NCBI GenBank assembly: GCA_951406725.2
Contig: OX597826.1
Coordinates: 9,238,001-9,302,000, forward strand
DNA length: 64,000 nt
Source of the DNA: Octopus vulgaris
Taxonomy: Eukaryota
Reading direction: 5' to 3'
Shown here: positions 1 through 12,181 of the stretch, piece by piece
Numbering within the stretch: position 1 is the first letter of the stretch
How the letters are laid out: each line of letters begins with the position of its first letter
The notes under the pieces: model-generated
What the model saw: only the letters and a program-made list of their open reading frames with translations
Database searches by the model: none
Told to the model about the DNA's origin: nothing
Program-made: the position numbers and the translations under genes

Positions 1-96
1 CTGTTTTTGATTTTATTTTTGTTATACTTTATGCTTGGGTTTTTATATTGTATTGACAATTTCAATAACAGTACTGTCAACAATATCCAAAATATT

Positions 97-280
97 GGTT
101 TCAAATTTTGGCTCAAGGCCAGCAACTTTGGGGGAGGGGTAAGTTGATTGCATCAACCCCAGTACTCAGCTGATATTTTTTTTATTGACCCCGAAAGGAA
201 GAAAGGTAAAGTCGACCATGGTAGAATGTGAACTCAGAATGTAAAGATGGATGGGATGCTGATTCTGCCAGCTTGACACC
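97..280 (-). mobile_element. SINE family C copy (core GCCTTTCATCCTTTCGGGGTCGATAAAATAAGTACCAG)
   Basis: Reverse complement matches the copies at 20268-21935 and 62718-62945. Confidence 0.75.
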
Positions 281-742
281 TTCATCAGTATCGAAAATAT
301 TGAACATGCAAGTGATCCTCTCAATTTCAACACCTAGCATAAAGCTCCATCATTTTCTACTTTATTCCCACTGTCAAAAGAGGTCCCTTAGTCTTGCAAG
401 TTACATGGCAAACTCACTTAGATCTGATGCAAAGGAAAAGAAAGAAAGAAAAATTAAAAACTCCTGCACCCAGAACATACTGTAGGGTGGTTGGCATTAG
501 GAATGGCACTAGACTGTAGAAGCAGTCCCAAAACTAACATTTGAAGCATGACGTCATCCCGTGACTTGTTGGAACCCATGCTGGTATGCAAGAGGTACAT
601 TACATAATGATATTTTAAGCAAAGTGACCAGGCCAGGCCAGGGGCTTCACCCAGTTCCATTGTCTATTTTTGCTTGGCTTCTACTGCTAGATGTCTTTCC
701 CAATGCCAGATACTTTACAGTGTGTATTGGGTACTTTTTAAA

Positions 743-1000
743 TGTCACCAGCACCACTGCTTTTTATATGGCACCAGCATCACTGCCTTTTATGTGGGAC
801 CATCACCACTGCTTTTTACATGGCACCATCATTCACTGCTTTTGATGTGACACCATCACCAATACTTTTCACATGGAACCAGCACCAGCGCTTTTTATAC
901 ATGGCACCAACACCCGTGCTTTTTATGTGACACCATCACCAATGCTTTTTACTTGGCACTATCACCAGTACTTTTTATGTGGCACCAGCACTTTTAACAT
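743..1000. repeat. ~26-bp minisatellite, about 10 degenerate copies (TGGCACCAKCACCACTGCTTTTTAYR), inside a reversed family B repeat
   Basis: Units are visible directly. The unit resembles the GTGCTTTTACATGCCACCGGCAC segment seen singly in other family B copies (~7404-7426). Confidence 0.85.
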
Positions 1001-1106
1001 GGTACTGTGACTTTAGGAGGACAGGTCTTCTTGCTATCAGGAATAATGAAATAACAATAAAAAGTTTATTATTATCTTATTTTGATATCTTGGTCATAAA
1101 AAATAC

Positions 1107-1347
1107 CTTATCTTAAAGAGGTTGTATAGATGTTTTGCAAAGAAGTTATTCTGATACGTGTCTCAGAGGACAGTAACTCCAAACATGAATTGAGTAGTTG
1201 TGGTTGGTGGACTGAGCAAATTGCAACTACTTGCATTTCCAGTGGCAGGATATGAACTGGCATCCACTTAAAAGTGGTAATTTGATACACTATCAACTGT
1301 AAAACTGATATTTTAGCTAGCTGCAACTCAGGAAAATGGGATGTAAA
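1107..1347 (-). other. Candidate minus-strand exon (non-coding or terminal)
   Basis: Minus strand reads ttatttcag|TTTACATCC...AGATAAG|gtattt in non-repetitive sequence. The only open frame stops just before the donor and the peptide is not recognised. Confidence 0.2.
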
Positions 1348-1385
1348 CTGAAATAATGTATGTATGTGTGTGTGTGTGTATGTAT

Positions 1386-1442
<57 letters not shown>

Positions 1443-1607
1443 GTGTTTGTTTGTATAAATTTATATTAGATAGATAGATAATGGATAAGCATTGCATTGT
1501 TGCTTCCAGAGACATTTGAACCATTCAAAGAGAATCAATAACATTTTTCGCATTTTTGCTTCTCTCAGCAATGCAGACCAGCAAAGAGGAAAAAATGTGA
1601 AAGCAAG

Positions 1608-1644
<37 letters not shown>

Positions 1645-2112
1645 AAACAATGTAAATTAAAGATGTAAATTCTGGAATTTGAAAATGACGTTTAATTGAA
1701 ACCTACTGTTAGCATTTTACTTTGTTCAGCCGATCATCTGACTAATTAGATTTACATTGCTGAAAGACAGTAGAACACTGAAGTAAGTAAAAATCTTCGG
1801 TTGGCACCACTGCTGTGGAATGCATAGAAACGAAAAATTGACAGTATGTATTTTTATGCAATTTTCATTTGATAGCTGAATCGATGAATTGATCTTAACT
1901 TAATACCTGCAGTGTAATACATTTGTGTGTGTGTGTGTGTGTGTGTGAGAAAGAGAGAGAGAGAGTATGATGAATCTCACAAAGCTTGTACTGTTTCTTT
2001 CACTTTACAATGATCTCATCTGAGGGTCTCAAACATTCAAACTTGAAAGAAAATGACTGAGCTTATAAGGGCCATTATATTAATAATTATAATTGATAGT
2101 TATATTAATAAC

Positions 2113-2273
2113 CACTCTCGGAGTGGTTGGCATTAGGAAGGGCATCCAGCTGCAGAAACCATGCCAAATCAGATTGGAACCTGGTGTAGCCCTCCAGCAC
2201 ACCAGTTCAAGTCAAACAGTCTAACCCATGCCAGCATGAAAAGCAGACGTTAAATGATGATGATGATGATGAT
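2113..2273 (+). mobile_element. Family B retroposon 3' end with (GAT)n tail (RTE-type tail)
   Basis: GGAGTGGTTGGCATTAGGAAGGGCATCCAGC...AACCCATGCCAGCATG...GTTAAATGATGATGAT recurs more than 10 times in the window. Confidence 0.8.
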
Positions 2274-2292
2274 ATTATATCAATAGTGGTGA

Positions 2293-2592
2293 GGATGGAT
2301 GGCCTAGTGGCTAGGGTGTTGTACTCACGATTGTGAGATCATGGTTTCAATCCCTAGACCAGGTGGTGCATTGTGTTCTTGAGCAAAACACTTCATTTCA
2401 CATTGCTCCGTGATCACTTCAACACCTGATGAATTGAAGCTCCCATGCACCTGTTCAGGCAACATTGATTTGAGCGAGGGAGTGAGCTAATGTATGGCAC
2501 ATATGTTTGATCACTATAAACAAATCATTTGTGCAGCTCTTTCAGGTAAAGCTGAACACTTATACATCTTCTTCGATTGGAGAATCCATCAT
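2293..2592 (+). mobile_element. tRNA-derived SINE with CORE-like block
   Basis: A-box TGGCCTAGTGG, B-box-like GTTTCAATCC, then TTGTGTTCTTGAGCAAAACACTT. The head is shared with 26048 and 52885. Confidence 0.65.
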
Positions 2593-2704
2593 ATCAATAA
2601 ACATATCCACTTTATGCATTGAATGCATTGCTTCAAATAGTGGTTCTTCCCTTTTTCCCATAATGCGAATATACATCTATATATACATCTATATATATAT
2701 ATAC

Positions 2705-2927
2705 CAGAGTAAGCACATAAATGTGAAACAAGGTGGAAAAAAAAAAAATAGTACTCGAATACCAGAGGTATTCTTTATTAAAAAGCAGCAAAAATATCAC
2801 AAACACTGTTACTCAGAGTTTCACATTCTCGTTTGTTGGATAGCTTTGCTTAGAAAACTGTCCAACGAACGGGAACATGAAACTCTGAGTAACAGCTTTT
2901 GTGGTATTTTTGCTGCATTTTAATAAA
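2705..2927. mobile_element. Fold-back element (inverted repeat 2774-2927), probably Penelope-derived, with a hammerhead-like motif in each arm
   Basis: Arms of about 74 nt pair around a short loop. Right arm reads CTGT-CCAACGA-ACG-GGAA-CAT-GAAA-CTCTGAG-TA-ACAG. Confidence 0.7.
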
Positions 2928-3151
2928 GCATATATTTATGTATGTGTGTGTGTATATATATATAGATATAGATATATAAATTTAACCTTTAATGGTATTT
3001 TTTAATATGCTGGCCATTGATAAAATTTTTTTTGAAAAATTTAATCCTATATTAGATGTATATATATATATCTTATATATATTATGTGTATAGTTGTATA
3101 AATTTATATTAGATAGATGGATAATGGATAAGCATTGCATTGTTGCTTCCA

Positions 3152-3531
3152 GAGGTGCAATGGCCTAGTGGTTAGGGCAGTGGACTCGTGGTCATAGGAA
3201 CGCAGTTTCAATTCCCAGACTGGGGGTTGTGAATGTTTATTGAGTGAAAACACCTAAAGCTCCACGAGGCTCCAGCAGAGGATGGTAGTGAACCCTGCTG
3301 TACTCTTTCACCACAGCTGTCTTTCACTCTTACTTCCTGTTTCTGTTGTGCCTGTAATTCAAAGGGACCAGCCTTGTCACACCCTGTGTTACGCTGAATA
3401 TCCTCGAGAATTACATTAAGGATACACGTATCTATGGAGTGCTCAGCCATTTGCACGTTAATTTCATGAGCAGGCTGTTCTGTTGATCGGATCAGCTGGA
3501 ACCCTTGTCATCGTAAGCGATGGAGTGCCAT
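3152..3531 (+). mobile_element. tRNA-derived SINE family D, full length
   Basis: Head GAGGTGCAATGGCCTAGTGGTTAGGGCAG with A/B boxes. Head shared with 62405, tail shared with 26048 and 52885. Confidence 0.8.
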
Positions 3532-5799
3532 TATATGTATATATATATATCATCATCATATATACATACATATTTTCTTGTGCGTGTTTCAGTCATTAGT
3601 CTGAAACCATACTGGAGCACTGCCTTCAAGGATTTAGTGAAAGAAATCAGTCCCAGTAGTTATATATATATATATATATATATACTGGTATATATATATA
3701 TATATATATATATACATACATATTTTCTTGTGCGTGTTTCAGTAAGTTATAGGAACACAAACAAACCAATACCAATTATCAACTGGTGGTGGGGGATAAA
3801 CACACACACACACACACACACAAATGGGAGATGAGCTTCTTTCAGTTTCTGTTTGCCAAATCCATATGCAAGTCTTTGTTTGGCTCGGGGCTATAGTGGA
3901 AAACACTTGCCCAAAATGTCATGCAGTGGCACTGAACCCAGAATCTATGTGATCAGGAAGCAGACTCTTTACTTTACAGCCATGTCTCTGCCTATATACG
4001 TGTGTATGTATTCTGCTTAGGCATTGTGAGACTTATAAGCTTGTGTAGAACTCAATATATGTACACTTCAGTACAAAGTGTTAGATAAGCATAGAGAAGT
4101 AATAAGAAAATGAGACGACAAAGGGAGAAACTTATGTTGTGAACCTCATTAGTTTAGAGCAGTTTCTGCTATAAGCTGCAGTGGACTCTTAATTGAGTGC
4201 CTGAATGACATCCTGTAGCTTCATTGGAGCCTCGAACATGAAGTGCATTCTATTTGGGGAAAAGAATTACATTTGTGCAATATATATATAGGAGAGGGTA
4301 TTACCAGTGAGAAAGTCAGTACTGATAGATATAAAAAGTGTATAGAGATTTAATAGTAGAAATAGATGCATATATACTAGTATGCACACACTCAAAAACT
4401 CATGCAGACAGATATACACACACTCACACATACAACACATAGATATACACACACATACAACACACAGATATACACATACACACACACACAAACTCAATCT
4501 TGAATTAATTCTTTAGAATATTCAGTATTTTGCTATATGAATTAATTCAATGTTTGAATACTTTTTCATTTCATAAGCTCTTTTGTATGAAACTCTAGCC
4601 CTTGAGTCATTCTTGTAGCTTCTCAATAAAAATCATACATGTACACACACACACACACACACACATACACACACACACACATACACACACACACACACAC
4701 AAATATGCACAGCAGTGAAGTTAAGAAGTTCACTATGCAACCACATGGCCTTGGGTTCAACCTTACTATGTGACCCCATGAGTAGGTGTCTTGTACTATA
4801 GCCCTGGATCAACAAAAAGCTTAATAAGTGGATTTGGGAGATGGAAACTGAAAGAAGCCCATCATATATGAGATTTCAAACTCCACCTCTAAATAATAAA
4901 TGAACGAGGTTTGTCTACTATAAAGAAGGCAGTTAGACATGCCAACACCACTTCACAGTATTGGTGAAGGATTCAGGGACTTCATTGCACCAAGGGACTC
5001 GTAAGTAAATACAAAAAGACCTAAATAGTAAACTATAAAACTAAAACCTAGCTGTATTTCCAGTACATGTCAAAAAGGAAATATAGTGCAGCGTTTTAAG
5101 GTTTTTATAAAATATTCTTGATCTTTTGAACATTTGTGGGTTTCATGTTTGTTATATAAGATTGTCTCCACCCTACTGACAGTATGTGAATAAACATCCT
5201 TACATACCCATATACACACACATCTAAATTCTCTTTTCCTTTCCATCCCCCCTCCCCCCTTTATTCATTTATTTATTTATTTATTGATGTTGTTTTTATG
5301 TCTTGGTTATTTTAGAGATTACCAAGTTCATATCTTTTGAAAACAATGTTGGGGTTACATTTGGTTCTTGAAGATTAAACTTGTATTTGCAGGAACAGCA
5401 GCAGCCAGGGCTGACTAGAGCTACTGCCATAGAAACTATTATTATGTGTATTGTTCAATATGAGATAATGGGACACAGAGAGAAGGAAAGAGGGAGGGAG
5501 AGAGAGAGAGAATGCAATTCTGAAGAACAATACCTTATAATAGAGCTGAAGTGCTTTGGACAAAACCTGAGCGTGGGTTGGATAGAATTCAGATGTTTTA
5601 AGCAGTTAGCCAGTTTGATTCAGATAAAATGGAAATAATTTAGGGAGGGAAAAAAGAAACTGGATTAATTTGGGATAGAACTGAAGTGATTTCAACAAAA
5701 CCCACTTCAATTATTACAATCAAACTGGTTTTGGAATAGTTCTGTTCTAAAGAACAATGACCCTTTGAGGTAACCAAAAAAATGTGTGATTTCTTAATT

Positions 5800-5842
<43 letters not shown>

Positions 5843-7676
5843 CATGTCTATTCCTCCCCCATCTCTCTCTCTCTCTCTAAGATGGAAGTTATAATTTTAA
5901 ATAATATTTCACACATGTTTAAGTATTGTTGTATCTGTGACAATTCTGTATTCTTTTCTGATATGTGTTCAGTATATCGCCATCCATTTCAAAATGGTTA
6001 CATGAAGTTTTATGAAGATTTGGCTACTGTTTCTAGTAGGATACATGACCTCATAAAGGCTTTCTCATTTATTTGCATTATTGTTGTTATGATGTTTAAC
6101 CATCAGCCCTATGATTAGGACCAGTCCAGTTATGACCACCTCATCTTTTTGGTACATCCAGAACATTAATCCCTTTACCTTTTTTTTTTTTTTTTTTTTT
6201 GTAAATGGTAAAGGATGATCTCAGGGAGATCTAGCTGCAATTTCTGATGGCTCAAGTGACTGCTTATTTACCATTTGTGTAAGTGGAGTACAAAATTGTC
6301 AATTGTGTGGAAAATATGGATGTTAAAAAGGATGCTGATGAAAATGTAGACAGTGACTGAAAAATCATAATTGTTTTCAAAATAATGTAAATACATATGC
6401 AAACATCATCCACTCTCTCCCCCATCTTTCTCTCCCTCCACCCCTCTCTCTCTCTCACACACACACATAGAGGAATTTGTTTATTTTTGTGTGAAAGAGA
6501 AGAAAGACAATGTCAGTGTGAATGCCTCTGCTTAAATGCTTTATCTTTTCTACTTAGTTACCTGTACACCACTTCTAAAATGATTCATTCAATCTCTTCT
6601 AACTAGAGTTCATTTTACATCTTTGCTGAAAAATTAATCAGCTTATAGTACTTTAGTTGATAATCTGGCTGTATTAAGATAAATAGATTACAGCTTAATC
6701 TTCCTTCTGTCCACCACATAAATATATAAACTCTGATGGTGATTCATTAATTAACAGAGAATATCTTCACTTTCTGTATATACAGCAGTAAGCATTCCCT
6801 TGTTTGACATTACTTTTGTCTGACTGATGGCATCTTTGCGAATAATTTGTAAATGTTTTTTTTTTCTTTTCTAGTTTTATAATATTATCTTTCATCTTTT
6901 ATCTTCTTGTTTCACTCATTAGACTGCGGTCATGGTGGGGCACCACCATGAAGAATTCTTTTAGCTGAATGAATTGACTCCCGGACCTTTTATTTTTTAA
7001 GCCTGGTACTTATTCTATCAGTCTCTTTTGCCAAACAGCTAAGTTACAGGGACATAAAAACACCAACACCGGTTGTCAAGTGGTGAAGTGGGTACAAAAA
7101 CACAGACACATATATACACATATACACAGACATGCAAGAAGTAAATAATTACCTTTAAGTAAATAAAAACCTTTAATTTTCGAAATCTTTTATTTGCTAT
7201 AGAAATTTTCCTTCATTGGCTCAACATCTTTAGAGTTTTATTCTATGGCAGAAGTTTTCATTTCCATTTAATTTACACACAATTTATTTGTATTGATTGA
7301 GGGCTGGCAAACCAAATGGCTGCACCAGGCTCCAATCTTGATTTGGCAGAGTTTCTACAGCTGGATGCCCTTCCTAATGCCAACCACTTTGAGAGTGTAG
7401 TGGGTGCTTTTACATGCCACCGGCACAGGGGCCAGTCAGGCGGTACTGGCAATGACCCCGCTCGAATCCTTTTACACATGTCACCAGCACAAACATTGAA
7501 TTAAGGGCTAAGATGACAGAATTTGCTAAGGAACCTTATAAGTATAACTAACAAGCCAACAAGGAAACCTCAGCATAATCATTCAAATAGCAGCCAAATC
7601 TCCCTCTAATAACATCCTATAATTAAAAAAATTTAATATAAAGGAGAAACACATTGGGAATGTAATACAATATAAT

Positions 7677-8038
7677 GGCACAGGAGTGGCTGTGTGGTAA
7701 GAAGCTTATTTCTCAACCACATGGTTCCGGTTCAGTCCCACTGCATGGCATCCAAAGCCTTTTGAGTGGATTTGATAGACAGAAACTGAAAGAAGCTTAT
7801 TGTATGTGTATGTATGCCTTTGTGTCTATGTTTATCCCCCATCATTGCTTGACAACTGATGTTGGTGTGTTTATGTCCCCATAATTTAGTGGTTTGACAA
7901 AAGAGGCCAATAGAATAAGTACTAGGCTTATAAAGAATAAGTCCTGGGGTCAAATTTTTCAACCAGAAAACCCTTTAAGGCTGTTCTCCAGTATGGCCAC
8001 AGTCAAATGTCTGAAACAAGTAGAAGAATAAAAGAATA
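7677..8038 (+). mobile_element. tRNA-derived SINE family A (internal microsatellite, GTAAAAGA-type tail)
   Basis: GGCACAGGAGTGGCTGTGTGGTAAG...GGTTCAGTCCC head and TGAAACAAGTAGAAGAATAAAAGAA tail. Confidence 0.85.
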
Positions 8039-10422
8039 CACTGCCTAAAAATCAGATAGGATGGTCACAGCTGGAAGCCTTTTAGACATAGGTCTGATTA
8101 ATTAGGGCTGATCTGTAACTTAGTGGGGCAAGAACAAGGTTTCTCTGAGGAGTTTTATCACAAAGTAGAGGGTGGCTTTTGGAGCCCTTTTCTTTCTCTG
8201 AATGCTAGTCTTCAATATATGCGAGGTACTTGAAAATTCCAAGATCTGGGTATGATGTGGTCCTTGTACTCCCTCTCAGGCCCTTACTGAGAAACAATAT
8301 TACCATTGTATTTGAGTTGATCAAGGAACAATGCTATTTTATGCTACTTTACTGTTGTCAATTGGTCAACATAATCTTTGTTGTTCAGCCATATATTGAC
8401 CAGAATTTGTGTAAAGTACTGTTTCTATGGCTCATTTCTAAGTTCTTGACTAATATTTTCCCTACTCTAAGTTTATTTAAAGAGCGGCAGTTTGAGAAGC
8501 ACTCAACAACTATGATGGCAAGCCAATGAGAGAGCTTGAACCACTGAGATTGTCTTCTGTAAGGTTGCTTTACCTGCAAGAAATAACAAACAACAGCCAA
8601 ATCTCTCTAAAATCACAGCCTACCACACACACACACTTAGTAATGTAGTCTGAAGTTTATAATAGCTGTTGAAATGATGATGACTTGAATGATTTTATTC
8701 TAAAGTGTCTGATCAGAACAGACATGGAGCTAAAATAACAATGACTTAATGTGTGTCTGATATTTAAATTATTTCTACCACAACTAAAGATAATTCCTCA
8801 CGATCTAAACAATGTGATTTTCAAGAATTGATTTTGAATAATAAACCCCAGCCAGCATACCTACCTTTCATTGTTTACTTCTTAAAAATTAATATTTGAT
8901 TCTTTTATATTTTTCTTTAAATTCTTCTTAGATTTACTTTACTTAATCATTTCGTTGATTTAATTGAGTCAACAAGATGGTTATTCAGCATTCTAGAAAT
9001 AGCAACCAAATCACCCTTGAATTACACCCAACCATCTTAAGTTAGGAAAGATATATTGGAAATCGGTTTTGGAAATGGTTAATTATTGCACCAAAGACAT
9101 AAAAGTACATGAACAGTATTGAAATTATAATAATAATTTCATGATCCACTCAGTCAGAGTTGACCTTGGAACCAGACAACAACCAACCAGGTTTTGGTTT
9201 ATGCCAGAAATTATCATTTGCTATACAAAACATTCAGTTCTCATCATCAATTATTGTTTAGTCACTGATGATCGGTCTCCTATATCAGAACTGATCTAAG
9301 TCATTCCAGCAGTGGCCATCAAGTTTATTTTTCAAACATAGCATTTCTAGGTCTACATTATCCCATATGTTTTTTCTTCTTTTATAGATTGTAGGATATA
9401 TTTTGAGGGACATTTGGCTGCTACTCCTTGCAGATTAGGTACCTACACAGAAGATCCCTTCATTAGTTTTTCAGCAAGTTAGTTGTTCAAGGTGTTCTTT
9501 TAACCTAAGATAATCTCTAATCCAACACTTTTATAAACAAAGGTGCTTTAGTGATGACTGCCCCATCTTTCTTTTTTTATATCCAGGACAACAGTTACTA
9601 ATTTTCTTTCCTTTTCACAATGATAGGGTGTAGATTTGACCACTATTTTTAACCAGCCGATGCTTGCATAGAGGTATTCATCACACCTGCACCATCACCG
9701 TTCCATCTATCCCTAGATGTGTTATTATATTATATCAAAGTCATCAGTTTTAAACTTGCATCCCAGAGAATTTAAAAAGAAACACCTCATAGGATAGAGA
9801 TGGACAAATAGTTAAACAGATAGAACATTGAGGGAACCTCTACACATTTCCACATGGTTGCTCCACATGCTAGAAATAGCAGCCATATCCCTCAAATTGT
9901 GTCAGGAAGGAGATTACATTTGGACAGTATAGCCCTAGATATAAAACAAAATGGGATTGTCATATGTAGAACACTTTTGATTGTAAGTTCTGGATTTAAC
10001 AACAACATCAGCAACACCTAGTCATTTATCTTGTAATTATTGCTACAGTCCCAATCTGCTCATGTCCTTGGTGCAATAATTAACCATCTCCTAAATGCAC
10101 TTCTCTTGTAATATACAGCGTATATTATCAAATTAATTTAAAAATTAATCAAGAATTTGGAGTGAATTAGCAGACTAAACTTTGTCTTTGTAATTAATTT
10201 TGAAACTAGTGTTTGGAATGTAATTCTTACACAAAATTATGATGATAGGTTTTAATTTAGACACAAGCATTTTAAAAAAGGTGGATTTTATATTTAAAAA
10301 ATATATTAAAGGGCAATCTGAAGCAGGTTGGTATCAAAAGGGTTGACGCATATAGATACCTGCAGCATTTTTACCCAACATCTTGAATATTGCTGGCACA
10401 TCATCATCATCATCATTTAATG

Positions 10423-10769
10423 TAGTGGTTCTCAGCTGGAGTCCATATGGCTCCTGGGGGTCCATATAAGATTCTGGGCTGTCCACACAATAAAATAGTA
10501 AATTGGGGATCCCCAATAGTATCTTAAGGGCCTCTGAAAAGATTTTGCTTTAGATGTATGTATTGGTATGTATTGCATGAAACAACTAAATTTCTTTCTC
10601 TAACATTTTACGTAGTTCAACTTATACAAGTTAATGTGTGAAACTAAACAAGAATTTTCAAAGAAGGTTCTATAAAACTTGTTTTTAAATATCAAATGGC
10701 TATGTGGTTCCACCAGAATAAAATAGTAATCAAAGGGGTCCATAGATAAAAAATGATTGAGAACCCCTG
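10423..10769. mobile_element. hAT-type MITE with perfect 8-bp TSD, nested in a family B tail
   Basis: Termini TAGTGGTTCTCA and TGAGAACCCCTG. TSD ATTTAATG at 10415-10422 and 10770-10777. Confidence 0.9.
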
Positions 10770-11719
10770 ATTTAATGTCTGTTGACTATGTTGGCATGGG
10801 CTGGATAGGTTGATAGGATCCAATAAATTGCAGAGCTAGCTGCATTAGGCACCTGTGTCTGCCTTGGCATGGTTTCTGCAGCTGGATGCCCTTCCTAACA
10901 CCAGTCACTTCACAGTGTATACTGGGTGTCATTGTTTTTTGTGCTGCCAGCACTAGTGAAGTTACCAAGTAACTTACAGGACAAAATAAGGAAAGAAAAA
11001 AGTTCCTTTGACTGAATGAGAGTGTATTTCAGAGAGAGAGAGAGAAGTGGCTTTGTGCTAGGTGTTGAAGGCTAAAATTTGGTAGAGGGACTTAATGAAT
11101 AAATAGTAGATTTCAGTATCATAACTTCACTTGTTACATGGAATTTAATTATATTGAAAGGGTCTGTGGTAGTAATAGGAACGATGGGTTGGTACTGCTA
11201 TGTTGTTCAAAATGTAATAGCAACAAAGTGTCACTCAAACTCTGTTTCTGTACATGTTTATGTGATACATGTGAGCTGTCTGGCACAGTCAGTTCTGAAA
11301 TTGATGTCTGTGCAGTCAGATCTTCAACAAATAGCAGCAAAATCACTCTAACGTTACACCCTATCATCATCTTCATCTTCACCACCACCATCATCATTTT
11401 ACATCTGCTTTTCCATGCAATATGGGTTCAGATAGGTTACCACTGCCTGCGTGAGTCAGTTCTCAGTCCATTACCATCCTTGTGGAGGGGTCCTTCTACA
11501 TTTCATCCTTGGTCTTCTTTCCTCACACCAACCACTTTACAGAGTGTATTAGTTGCATTTCTATCACACCACTGGTACTACAGAGGTTGTCTTTGAATTA
11601 TCATTGTTTTATTGTTACCTACATTCTGCATGATGGTCATGGGATGTGCACCATTTAACACAGCTGCCTTTTCTAAGTTGAAAATTTTTTTTTTTTTTTT
11701 TTTTTTGTCTCTTTGGTAT

Positions 11720-11910
11720 ATTTTTGCCTGCAGCCACAGTTTTACTTGGCTATTCAGTTGCTTAAGGTCAATAGCAGTAAAGGACTCTGTGTGGCTACTG
11801 CTTTACTTCAATAAACACTTTGCTGTAGAACTGCATTAATGAATTTTAACAAGGCCCTGTGTCCAGGATTATAAATGCAATCTATTTAGCAATGGTAATT
11901 TATTCTCATT
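11720..11910 (+). repeat. Putative left LTR of a Gypsy remnant (diverged direct repeat of 13845-14020)
   Basis: CAAGGCCCTGTGTCCAGGATTATAAATGCAATCT matches CAAGGCCCTGTGTGCAGGATTAGAAATACAATCT. Followed by PBS-like TGGCAACG. Confidence 0.55.
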
Positions 11911-11962
11911 ACTGGCAACGTCAATAGGATTTGGAGAATTAATACTGTCTGATCTTGAACTG

Positions 11963-12181
11963 ACTGAAGCTTGGTTAAGATACCTTTCAACTAGTGCTAG
12001 GACAAAGCTCAATGACTTTACTGGTAAAGAAATAACTGATCTCTTTATCTCTAAAGCAGGAATTGAGAATATTAAAGACTTTGTAATGTTGTACCCTTAA
12101 ATATTGAAGATGAACTTGGCAAACATAAAAGCGACTATAATGGTCTCAATAAAACAAAGGAAAAAGCTCGTTATTGCTGAA
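11963..12181 (+). pseudogene. Gypsy gag N-terminal remnant
   Basis: Translates as TEAWLRYLSTSARTKLND...EITDLFISKAG...MLYP*...KKLVIAE, which I recognise as resembling invertebrate Gypsy gag. Not searched. Confidence 0.5.

Noticed and set aside
2424-2445. CTGATGA boxes here and near 9265 and 17911 as hammerheads or snoRNA boxes
   Set aside because: No stem II-GAAA or stem I pairing follows them.
3152-3225. tRNA-like sequences with A and B boxes
   Set aside because: They are SINE heads continuing into repeat bodies. I could not see an intact cloverleaf.
5975-6118. Exon-like YRHPFQNGYMKFYEDLATVSSR stretch
   Set aside because: It overlaps the abundant GATTTGGCTGCTATTTCTAGCAGG repeat family and has no good donor.
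8150-8570. Possible L1/Tx1 ORF2 remnant on the minus strand
   Set aside because: Only a vague KTP motif resemblance, too degenerate to support.
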